From positions 1 through 46,061 of the forward strand of contig JAEOSZ010000101.1 in NCBI GenBank assembly GCA_016840095.1: DNA of 46,061 nt, given 5' to 3'. The translations under genes were made by a program, and so were the position numbers. Below are positions 1 to 7,776 of this stretch, piece by piece (the stretch's first letter is position 1; every line of letters begins with the position of its first letter). The notes below the pieces were generated by a model that was not told the origin of the DNA, did not search any database, and saw only the letters and a program-made list of their open reading frames with translations. The stretch comes from Candidatus Heimdallarchaeota archaeon. Its GTDB lineage: Archaea > Asgardarchaeota > Heimdallarchaeia > Heimdallarchaeales > Heimdallarchaeaceae.

Positions 1-70
1 CACGGCAGATTCGAACTGCCGACCTCACGGTTATCAGCCGTGCGCTCTAACCAAGCTGAGCTAGTGCCCC
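1..70 (-). tRNA. tRNA-Ile(GAT), 3' end truncated by window edge
   Basis: Reverse complement GGGGCACTAGCTCAGCTTGGTTAGAGCGCACGGCT-GAT-AACCGTGAGGTCGGCAGTTCGAATCTGCCGTG folds as a cloverleaf with anticodon GAT and T-loop TTCGAAT. Confidence 0.96.
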
Positions 71-96
71 TTACTGCATTTTTCCTTTATTCTTTC

Positions 97-110
97 TTTT
101 AAAAGTTTTT
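97..110 (-). promoter_or_regulatory. Putative BRE/TATA promoter of tRNA-Ile
   Basis: Minus strand AAAAAC-TTTTAAAA, TATA element 27-34 nt upstream of the tRNA 5' end. Confidence 0.5.
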
Positions 111-134
111 TCTTACACTTCTATTTTAATTATA

Positions 135-902
135 TCATAAAATATAATCAGCTGGATCGGGTTCCAACAAGGGAGCAAAAATTTTTGGTTTGTAAGTGTA
201 AATGCTGTATATAGGAATGCCCCTCTTTAGAGATTTCCATTTATTTTGTGGTGGTTCTAAACGCAAACGTGGTATTTCAAAGTAATTTTCGTTATACGTC
301 CATCTTCCTTCTTCTCCCCTGACATAGCATTCACCTTTGGTTTTTTCGTAATCTGTTTTGATTTCCTTTGCATCATCTGATCTAATTCTAGCAAGAACAG
401 ACTTTTGTTCACTTGGGTTAATTATTGTAATTCCATATGATGGGGGAACTACAACAACATCGAATTTTTGTGCTCTTATCATTACAACATCTTTTATTTT
501 CTCATGGTTTTCTGTTGATTGTTGGAGTAGAAATTCTGAATAGCCTTCAACAACTTGGTAAATTTCTGGAAAACGATAACCTGTTCCTGCAAAAGAGCGA
601 TAATATCCTGTAGTTTTATTATATTCTTCTCCTAATTTCCCTGCTTGAATTACCAGAAAATCAAACTTCATTATATCCCAAAAGTGTTTATCTTCAACTT
701 TTCTTATTCTTTGATATATTCTATATACTTCTTTTTCTTTGTCTTTTCCTTCCCATTCTGAGTTCAAGAGATAACTGGAAATTTCCTCAGTTTTGATAAT
801 CTGTATACCTTTAACACTGACTTCACTATCACTATACTTTAGTGCAGTTTCCTCACTAACAATAGGTAATCCTGTGCTTTCCCTTAAATCCATTATACTC
901 AC
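135..902 (-). CDS. Cupin-type glucose-6-phosphate isomerase family protein (metal ligands degenerate)
   Basis: GKLGEEYNKTTG...PEIYQVVEG...LLQ...VVVPPSYG..IN matches the archaeal cupin PGI layout, but the His ligands are replaced. Confidence 0.75.
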   Translation of the reverse strand: MSIMDLRESTGLPIVSEETALKYSDSEVSVKGIQIIKTEEISSYLLNSEWEGKDKEKEVYRIYQRIRKVEDKHFWDIMKFDFLVIQAGKLGEEYNKTTGYYRSFAGTGYRFPEIYQVVEGYSEFLLQQSTENHEKIKDVVMIRAQKFDVVVVPPSYGITIINPSEQKSVLARIRSDDAKEIKTDYEKTKGECYVRGEEGRWTYNENYFEIPRLRLEPPQNKWKSLKRGIPIYSIYTYKPKIFAPLLEPDPADYIL

Positions 903-904
903 AA

Positions 905-1159
905 TTAAAGACTATAGAAGTAATCTTCTCCATCTTCAGTAATTTTCCAACTATCTAAAGCTCCTACTTGAAAAGTCTTCAGATATCCTTTTTCTGTTAA
1001 AGCATTTAACACTTCTAAGAGAATGTCTTGCTCCACTTTTTCCCCCTTTGGAGCATAGAGATTGTTTAACTGGAACATCACGTCTGACATGTTCAAACCC
1101 CTGTTTAACGAAACAAAAATATCTAACAAATCCATTTCTATCTGTTGTTTCTCTACCAT
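905..1159 (-). CDS. Small winged-helix protein
   Basis: LNALTEKGYLK...SWKITEDGEDY is a typical wHTH wing; ATG at 1159 preferred over TTG at 1168. Confidence 0.6.
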   Translation of the reverse strand: MVEKQQIEMDLLDIFVSLNRGLNMSDVMFQLNNLYAPKGEKVEQDILLEVLNALTEKGYLKTFQVGALDSWKITEDGEDYFYSL

Positions 1160-1327
1160 TATTATCAAAATGTTAACTACATCCTCTTTCTAAAAATATT
1201 TCTCTAATTTCTTCTTAAAAGACGAAAGGTCTCATAACCAAAAAGATAATAACAAATCTTGAAATTTTGTCTAAAGCGCTATATTGTGTATAGTTCTTTA
1301 ATTTCCACTTATCCTGAGGAGATTCTG

Positions 1328-2596
1328 ATGACAAAGCAAGAAGACAAGAAAAGAACATCTGTAGAACGTTATATGTTAAAACATGAAATAGATAAATTAG
1401 AGTCTAAGAAAAGTTTCAACATGTCTACAAGTTTAGTTTCACTGTATATACCACCAGGTACCAGATTAGCGGATATAAATTCCCAACTTCGAGATGAGTA
1501 TGGGACTGCTACAAATATCAAAGACAAAAGCACTGGAAAAGCCGTTCAATCAGCTCTTTCCTCAATTATGTCTAGGATGAAAACAATCTCTGATCCTGGA
1601 GAGAATGGTCTTGTTATCTTCTGTGGAATTACTCAAACAAATAAAGTAGAGTTTTTCTTGATTAGCCCTCCTGATCCAGTTGGAATTAAGTTGTATCTAT
1701 GTGATTATGTCTTTAAGATTGATCATCTTAAAGAGATGTTGGAGAGTAAGCAGAGATATGGATTAATACTAATTGAGAGAGGTGGAGCCACTCTTGCTGC
1801 TGTTCAAGGTTCTCGAATTGATATTATTCGCGAAGAAGAGTCTTATGTTCCAGGAAAACATAAAATGGGTGGTCAATCACAAGCTCGTTTTCAAAGATTA
1901 ACAGAAGAAGCTGCTCAAAGATGGTATACTAAAATTACTGAAATAATGAATACAGTTTATTTAGAGGATTATCCAGTTGAAGCAATTATCGTAGGTGGAC
2001 CAGCTTTAACTAAATCAGAATTTCTAGAAAATAAAAGTTTAGACTATCGGTTACGTGAGAAGGTTATAGGCACTTATGATATTGGATATAGAGGAATAAA
2101 TGGAATTCGAGAGCTACTGGATAAAGCTGAAGATAAATTATCTGATTTTGAATTAATCAAAGAACGCCAACTTATCCAAGAGTTTATGGAAAACTTAGGA
2201 AAAGATACTGGTTTGGTTACTTATGGAGAAAAACTAGTTCTAGAGGCATTGGATAAAGCAGCGGTTCAAACAGTCATAGTGAGTGAGGATGTAGATAGAG
2301 TCAACATGGAAATCAAATGTGATAATTGTGAGTATACGATTACTGAATCAGTAAAAAGCAAAAATTATAATGAATTTGTTAAGGGACTTTCGGATAAAAA
2401 ATGTCCTGAATGTTCTAATTCAAAAATATATATAGAAAATGAAAGTGATTTAATTACTGAATTGAATGAAAAAGCAGAAAGCACTGGAGCAACATTAGAA
2501 GTTATTTCAACAGATCATGAAGATGGAGCAATGCTCTACAATGTATTTGGTGGGATTGCAGCAATTCTTAGATATAAATTATTTGATGGTTATTAG
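1328..2596 (+). CDS. prf1: Peptide chain release factor aRF1
   Basis: TSLVSLYIP, TNIKD, YLCD and HKMGGQSQARF (GGQ) motifs; CxxC..CxxC insert; GGIAAILRY C-terminus; ATG 1328 follows GAGGAG. Confidence 0.97.
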   Translation: MTKQEDKKRTSVERYMLKHEIDKLESKKSFNMSTSLVSLYIPPGTRLADINSQLRDEYGTATNIKDKSTGKAVQSALSSIMSRMKTISDPGENGLVIFCGITQTNKVEFFLISPPDPVGIKLYLCDYVFKIDHLKEMLESKQRYGLILIERGGATLAAVQGSRIDIIREEESYVPGKHKMGGQSQARFQRLTEEAAQRWYTKITEIMNTVYLEDYPVEAIIVGGPALTKSEFLENKSLDYRLREKVIGTYDIGYRGINGIRELLDKAEDKLSDFELIKERQLIQEFMENLGKDTGLVTYGEKLVLEALDKAAVQTVIVSEDVDRVNMEIKCDNCEYTITESVKSKNYNEFVKGLSDKKCPECSNSKIYIENESDLITELNEKAESTGATLEVISTDHEDGAMLYNVFGGIAAILRYKLFDGY

Positions 2597-2614
2597 ATAA
2601 AAAAAAGGATAGAT

Positions 2615-3304
2615 TCATCCTTGAACTATTGTTCCGATTTTTTCACCATTGACAATTCTCAAAATGTTCTTAGGTTCAGAACCATTTGTAAAAACCAATC
2701 TTAAGTCGGATCTTTTCACTATCTCACAACCTACTCTATCAAAGAGAGCATATTTGCCTGGTTCTTCATCTTGTTGTGAGATAATTTCCAATAATTCATC
2801 AGCTGAAATTTCATCCAATGGTTTAGCATCATCGTGTAGATTTGGATCTTTATCATATACCTTATCGACATTTGTAAGATTTATCAGCAAATCAGCTCCC
2901 CAGTATTCAGCTACAAGAGCAGCAACAGCATTAGTTGATTGTCCTGGTTGAAGTCCTCCAGTAACAACTATTTTTCCTGATGATAATGCTTTACCTACAT
3001 CCTCAAATGTTCTAGGGACAAGTAAATAAGCCCTATTCTTTAGTGATGCAATTACAAGCAAAGCATGTATTCTTGTTGATTCCACTGCTAGTATATCTTT
3101 GAAAGTTGTAACATGCCCTAATACATCACTAGCTTGAATAATTATTCTAGCTAATTTTCCTCCTCCCACTACTATAGCAACCTTATGACCTGCATCATGG
3201 AGAGTAATGATAGTATTAACAATTTCATTGATTTTTTCCACATCTACATCCATTTCATTCTTATATAAAACAGAACCACCAAACTTGATTACAATCTTCT
3301 TCAT
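2615..3304 (-). CDS. pyrH: UMP kinase
   Basis: IVIKFGGS, VVGGGKLAR, GGLQPGQSTNAVAA and VYDKDP motifs; start set at MKKIVIK. Confidence 0.93.
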   Translation of the reverse strand: MKKIVIKFGGSVLYKNEMDVDVEKINEIVNTIITLHDAGHKVAIVVGGGKLARIIIQASDVLGHVTTFKDILAVESTRIHALLVIASLKNRAYLLVPRTFEDVGKALSSGKIVVTGGLQPGQSTNAVAALVAEYWGADLLINLTNVDKVYDKDPNLHDDAKPLDEISADELLEIISQQDEEPGKYALFDRVGCEIVKRSDLRLVFTNGSEPKNILRIVNGEKIGTIVQG

Positions 3305-3447
3305 TATTATCGCTAAAAGTTTATTAGAATAATAGCTAAATAATGTTTTTTCTCTGAAAGTCATTTTTTTCTACTTAATACAACAAAGAAGAGAATCTTT
3401 TTTAATCAACTTTCAAAAATGCAAACAAATAAACTGAGGACTATAAG

Positions 3448-4761
3448 ATGGACTTAAGTCAAAGAAATCCTATTGAAAAGGTCTTTACTACAAAAGACGA
3501 AAAGATATTAATTGCTGGTTGGATTCAACAAGTTCGCAATCTTGGAGGATTACGATTCATTCAGCTACAAGACAGATCTGGTATTGTGCAGATAGTTCTA
3601 CCCAAAAAGAAAGTTTCTGAAGAAATATTTAGTTTAGATTTTCAAGAAGGAGATATCATAGCAGTTTCTGGTTCTATTGTTTCCAATGATGGTGCCCCTA
3701 AAGGAAAGGAGGTTCTTCCTACTGAAATAGAAATCATAAACAAAAGGGTTCAAGAATATCCTATTTCTGTTAGTGATAAAATCGAGACCAATCCAGACAA
3801 ACGATATGATTTTAGATTTCTTGATTTAAGAAACAGAAAAGTTGCTCAAATCTTCGAAATTGAAAGTACAGCTGCTTACGCAATCCAGCAATGGTTCAGA
3901 GATAATGATTTTCTACAATTTTTCTCAGCAAAAATTGTTGGTTCTGCCACAGAAAGCGGAGCTAATGTCTTTGAAATCGGATATTTTGATAAGAAAGCAT
4001 ACTTAGCACAATCTCCACAGTTTTACAAACAAATGATGTTGATGGCAGGATTTGAGAGAGTTTTTGAAATAGGTCCAGTCTTTCGAGCAGAAAAACACCA
4101 TACAAGTAGACATTTGTGTGAGTATACTTCGATTGACTTTGAAGTTTCGTATATTAATGATCAAAGAGATGTTATGAAGGTTTTACAGGGAGCTGTTGGC
4201 TTTGCTTTAGACACAATCAAAACATCTAGGGCTGATTCACTTGAAGAATTAGAAGTTCAAATCGATGATCAGCCAAAAGAATGGCCGATTATCACAATTC
4301 CAGAATGTAATGATGTTTTAACTAGTGAAGGTAAAGAATTGGATCTCTATGAGGATTTAGATGCTGAAGCTGAAAGAATAATTGGTAAATACGCAAAGGA
4401 AAAATGGAAATCAGATTTTGTTTTTGTAGACCAATATCCGTGGAAAGTTAGACCATTCTATACTATGAAGGATGATGAGGATCCAAGACTAACTAAATCA
4501 TTTGATCTCTTGTTCAAAGGACAGGAACTAACAACAGGAGGGCAAAGAGAACATAGAGTAGATATCCTATCAAAACAAGCTGTTGAAAAAGATTTCAAAC
4601 TTGACGAAGTTGATAGCTATCTACAATTCTTTAGAAATGGAGCACCACCTCATGGAGGAAGCGGAACAGGTATTGAGAGATTTGTACAAAAGATTCTAGA
4701 CTTACCTAACATCAGGGAAGCAAGACTATTGCCAAGAGATCCTACAAGACTCCATCCATAA
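3448..4761 (+). CDS. aspS: Aspartyl-tRNA synthetase (archaeal type, possibly non-discriminating)
   Basis: N-terminal OB fold; AYLAQSPQFYKQ, motif 2 FRAE, GGQREH, motif 3 PPHGGSGTGIER, PRDP. Confidence 0.96.
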   Translation: MDLSQRNPIEKVFTTKDEKILIAGWIQQVRNLGGLRFIQLQDRSGIVQIVLPKKKVSEEIFSLDFQEGDIIAVSGSIVSNDGAPKGKEVLPTEIEIINKRVQEYPISVSDKIETNPDKRYDFRFLDLRNRKVAQIFEIESTAAYAIQQWFRDNDFLQFFSAKIVGSATESGANVFEIGYFDKKAYLAQSPQFYKQMMLMAGFERVFEIGPVFRAEKHHTSRHLCEYTSIDFEVSYINDQRDVMKVLQGAVGFALDTIKTSRADSLEELEVQIDDQPKEWPIITIPECNDVLTSEGKELDLYEDLDAEAERIIGKYAKEKWKSDFVFVDQYPWKVRPFYTMKDDEDPRLTKSFDLLFKGQELTTGGQREHRVDILSKQAVEKDFKLDEVDSYLQFFRNGAPPHGGSGTGIERFVQKILDLPNIREARLLPRDPTRLHP

Positions 4762-4841
4762 TCTTCATTTTTTCAAATCAAGATGAAAACTCTTAAAAAA
4801 AGATTGAAACTCATTATAGTAGTCAGAATATGACTTTGTTT

Positions 4842-4964
4842 GCGGGGATAGCCAAGTGGCCAACGGCGGCGGACTTAAGATCTTGGTTTTAAACCTGAGA
4901 TAAGGGTTAGATAAGTCATCCGTTCCTTAGTGGTTCGGGAGTTCGAATCTCCCTCCCCGCACCA
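4842..4964 (+). tRNA. tRNA-Leu(TAA) with 38-nt intron (4880-4917) at position 37/38
   Basis: Acceptor GCGGGGA/TCCCCGC plus ACCA; long variable arm; BHB GGA-CTTA-AGA-TCT...AGA-TAAG-TCA-TCC. Confidence 0.95.
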
Positions 4965-4982
4965 TTCTCCTGGGGAATTGAT

Positions 4983-5549
4983 ATTATAAGCACTATTAAA
5001 ACACTATACGTCACCAACAGGAAAGACTGGCGTAAATGGCTGGAGAAGAATTTTGATACAGAAAAAGAGATTTGGTTGGTTTATCCGAAAAAGTCGTCAG
5101 GAAAAATAAGAATTATATACAATGACGCAGTGGAAGAAGCATTGTGCTTTGGTTGGATTGACAGCACAGTTAAATCTCTTGACGAAGAGAACAACCTCCA
5201 GCGTTTTACTCCAAGAAATCCTAAGAGTGGATATTCTCAGCAAAATAAAGAGAGAATGAAATGGCTTTTAGAAAATGATTTGCTTCACCCATCACAACTG
5301 GAAAAGGCGAAGGAAATTGCTGCTGAAAAATTTGTCTTTCCAAAAGATATTGTTGATGAGATAAAAAAAGACAAAACTGCGTGGAAAAATTACAATGCAT
5401 TTTCTGATGCCTACAAAAGAATTCGCATAGCATATATAGATACCGCACGCAAACGTCCTGATGAATTTAAAAAAAGGTTGAATAACTTCATTGCCAAAAC
5501 TAAAGAAAACAAGCAAATAGGATTTGGTGGAATAGAAAAATATTATTAG
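4983..5549 (+). CDS. YdeI/OmpD-associated family protein (start uncertain; first canonical start TTG 5076)
   Basis: WRKWLEKN..EIWLV, YNDAVEEALCFGWIDS, QRFTPR, YKRIRIAYI..ARKR; frame is open upstream of 5076. Confidence 0.85.
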   Translation: MISTIKTLYVTNRKDWRKWLEKNFDTEKEIWLVYPKKSSGKIRIIYNDAVEEALCFGWIDSTVKSLDEENNLQRFTPRNPKSGYSQQNKERMKWLLENDLLHPSQLEKAKEIAAEKFVFPKDIVDEIKKDKTAWKNYNAFSDAYKRIRIAYIDTARKRPDEFKKRLNNFIAKTKENKQIGFGGIEKYY

Positions 5550-5875
5550 GAAATTTAAAAAATGAAATTCACCCCTAATCCCCCTATCATTTTTCAAAGC
5601 GGAAAAAAATCAAATTCATAATTAATAAGGAAAGTCTATCTGATAATTGATGACGAAAAATATTTTTTGAACTCACTCCGCTACGCTTCGTGCCACGCTG
5701 TGCTCTCCTCCTTTCTACTGAGGTTTTTTTTCACGCTTTAGCTTAACCTTAAACTATTCGGTTTAATCCCTTTACCTTGCTGTTAGTAGCGTTTAACCAA
5801 GCATTTAAGCTGTTGTTCTAAATAATTAAAAAAATGGTTAAATAAAGCCATGTTACTGCTATCTTGGTGATATAA

Positions 5876-6772
5876 TTGGCTCAAAACGAAGTCAAAATGT
5901 ATGAAGAATTATTAGAACTCCTTGAGAAGAGATTTGGTAAAGGAGAAATTGATAAAGAAAATTATGAAGAATTGAAGGAACGTTACCTCCAAAAGCTTGA
6001 TACTGCAAAGGTAAATGCTGAAGAGCACAAAGCAGCTTCTCAGATTTATACATCTGGAGTTAAGGTTTCTACTGACAGATCCTTATCCGTTGCTGGATCC
6101 ACAAAAATTACTGGTGGTCACGTAGGAAAGGACATTAGAATTGCTGGCTCTGGAAAAATCTCAGATGATGTCATCTGCAACAACTTGAAATCTGCAGGTT
6201 CCTTAAAGAGTCAAGGAAATATTACTGCTCATGGTGATATTAATACTGCTGGATCCTTTAAGTGTGAAGGTTTCCTACACGGAGACCTTGATGCAAAATT
6301 TGCAGGTTCAGCAAAAGTTGGTTTGGAAACCATAGTTAAGGGTAGAGTTTCAGCATCTGGAAGCTTTTCTACAGGAGGGTTTTTACAGGCTGAAAGTGGA
6401 GCAAAGTTTGCAGGTTCAGCAAAGATTGAAGGTAATCTTCTCTCCCAAGGTGTTGTTGAAGCAGCTGGAAGAATAGTTGTAGATGGAGATTTAGTAGGAG
6501 ATGATGTCTTAATTAACAAAGGTAAGGATTTCCTTGGTTTAAGATTTCGAAATCTTAAGAGATCTGTAATTTCTGGTCATTTGTTAGGTACAGGTGAAGT
6601 ATATCTTGCTAACACACTTGTTGAAGGTGATGTTAAAGGTCTTAAAGTTGAGATTGGCCCTTTTACCTCTGTTGAGGGCAATGTTTACTATGTTGATTAC
6701 ATAGATGTAGATAAACGAGCTAAATTAGAATCGGAACCTATCAAAATCAGTCATGAAAAACTGAGATTGTGA
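5876..6772 (+). CDS. Bactofilin-like (polymer-forming cytoskeletal) protein with N-terminal SHOCT-like helix
   Basis: About 8 repeats of 17-18 aa with an AGS/SGS core; YhbE/F-like C-terminus (VEGDVKG..VEIG...VEGNVYY); N-terminal LEKRFGKGEIDKENYEELK; GGTGA before the TTG start. Confidence 0.8.
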   Translation: MAQNEVKMYEELLELLEKRFGKGEIDKENYEELKERYLQKLDTAKVNAEEHKAASQIYTSGVKVSTDRSLSVAGSTKITGGHVGKDIRIAGSGKISDDVICNNLKSAGSLKSQGNITAHGDINTAGSFKCEGFLHGDLDAKFAGSAKVGLETIVKGRVSASGSFSTGGFLQAESGAKFAGSAKIEGNLLSQGVVEAAGRIVVDGDLVGDDVLINKGKDFLGLRFRNLKRSVISGHLLGTGEVYLANTLVEGDVKGLKVEIGPFTSVEGNVYYVDYIDVDKRAKLESEPIKISHEKLRL

Positions 6773-6799
6773 AGAACGAATAAAAAAATGGTGATATAA

Positions 6800-7699
6800 A
6801 TGAATGAAACAAGTAAAAAAACAAACGAAAATGTTGAACAGCTAGCTAATGTTATTAGCTCTGCTGGTAGTTTTAAGGAATATGAAGAGAGGGTAAAAAT
6901 CTCAGGTTCTGGAAAATTATCTGGAGGTGTAATACCAAAATTTGTTAAAATTTCAGGTTCTGGAAGAATCGAAGGTGATTTCAAATGCCATGGAATAAGG
7001 TCTTCTGGTTCACTTAAAGGTGAAGGTAATTTAACTTCTATAGGAACCGTTAGAAGTTCTGGATCTTTTGGTATAGAAGGAGGATTGGTTAGTGAATCAT
7101 CTGCTAAATTTAGTGGTTCTGCAAAAATTGGTCAAGATGCAAACATGTTAGGCTCTGTTAAATCATCTGGATCCTTCAAAGTTGGTGGAGATTTTACTGG
7201 GAGCAGTGATGTTAAGTTTTCTGGATCAGCTAGAATCGATGGAGAAACAACAATTCAAGGTTTCACAAAAACATCAGGATCTCTCAAAATAGGTCAGAAT
7301 CTCCAATCCAATGAAGGATTCAAAACTTCAGGTTCTGTCCAAATTGGCGGTAATCTCTTGTCCCAAAAAGACGTTACAGTAAGGGGCGCTGCCAATGTTA
7401 ATGGAAATTTAGTAGGAGAAACTGTTATCTTAGGTTTTACTGGCTGGAGGAGATGGGTAAATATGAGACCATTTGGTAGAAGACATCTCTACAAGGTTGG
7501 TGGAAGTTTATTCGCTAAAGACAAAGTAGATATTAAAAGAACCTCAGTTTCTGGTGATGTAAAAGGTTATGATGTTTATGTTGGTCGTAAATCAGAGGTT
7601 AGTGGAAAAATCTACTATGTTAATTCTCTTAGGGTTAAACGAAGTGCAAAATTAACTGCAGAACCTGTTCAAATTAGTGCAGAAGAATTAAAACTCTAA
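6800..7699 (+). CDS. Bactofilin-like (polymer-forming cytoskeletal) protein, paralog of upstream gene
   Basis: About 10 repeats of 17-18 aa with an SGS core; same C-terminal block and EPxxIS.E.L.L ending as the upstream paralog. Confidence 0.8.
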   Translation: MNETSKKTNENVEQLANVISSAGSFKEYEERVKISGSGKLSGGVIPKFVKISGSGRIEGDFKCHGIRSSGSLKGEGNLTSIGTVRSSGSFGIEGGLVSESSAKFSGSAKIGQDANMLGSVKSSGSFKVGGDFTGSSDVKFSGSARIDGETTIQGFTKTSGSLKIGQNLQSNEGFKTSGSVQIGGNLLSQKDVTVRGAANVNGNLVGETVILGFTGWRRWVNMRPFGRRHLYKVGGSLFAKDKVDIKRTSVSGDVKGYDVYVGRKSEVSGKIYYVNSLRVKRSAKLTAEPVQISAEELKL

Positions 7700-7705
7700 T
7701 ATCCA

Positions 7706-7727
7706 CTTCTCTTTTTTTCTTTTCTTT
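7706..7727 (+). terminator. Oligo-T archaeal terminator after the bactofilin pair
   Basis: Pyrimidine/T tract cttctctttttttcttttcttt directly after the stop codon. Confidence 0.5.
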
Positions 7728-7776
7728 CAAAACAAAATATTCTTTAATCTCTATTGCATCCTTCGTATGATAATAG

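Noticed and set aside
1259-1327. N-terminal extensions in the ORF track for aRF1 (also pyrH, trmJ, NAC, TFS and the 2-TM protein)
   Set aside because: Upstream in-frame starts precede the SD-like motifs or conserved N-termini; shorter starts fit better
6297-6965. Short near-exact DNA repeats (tttgcaggttcagcaaa; tcaggttctggaa) as a possible CRISPR or VNTR
   Set aside because: They are coding repeats of the beta-helix turns, with no spacer structure and no cas genes
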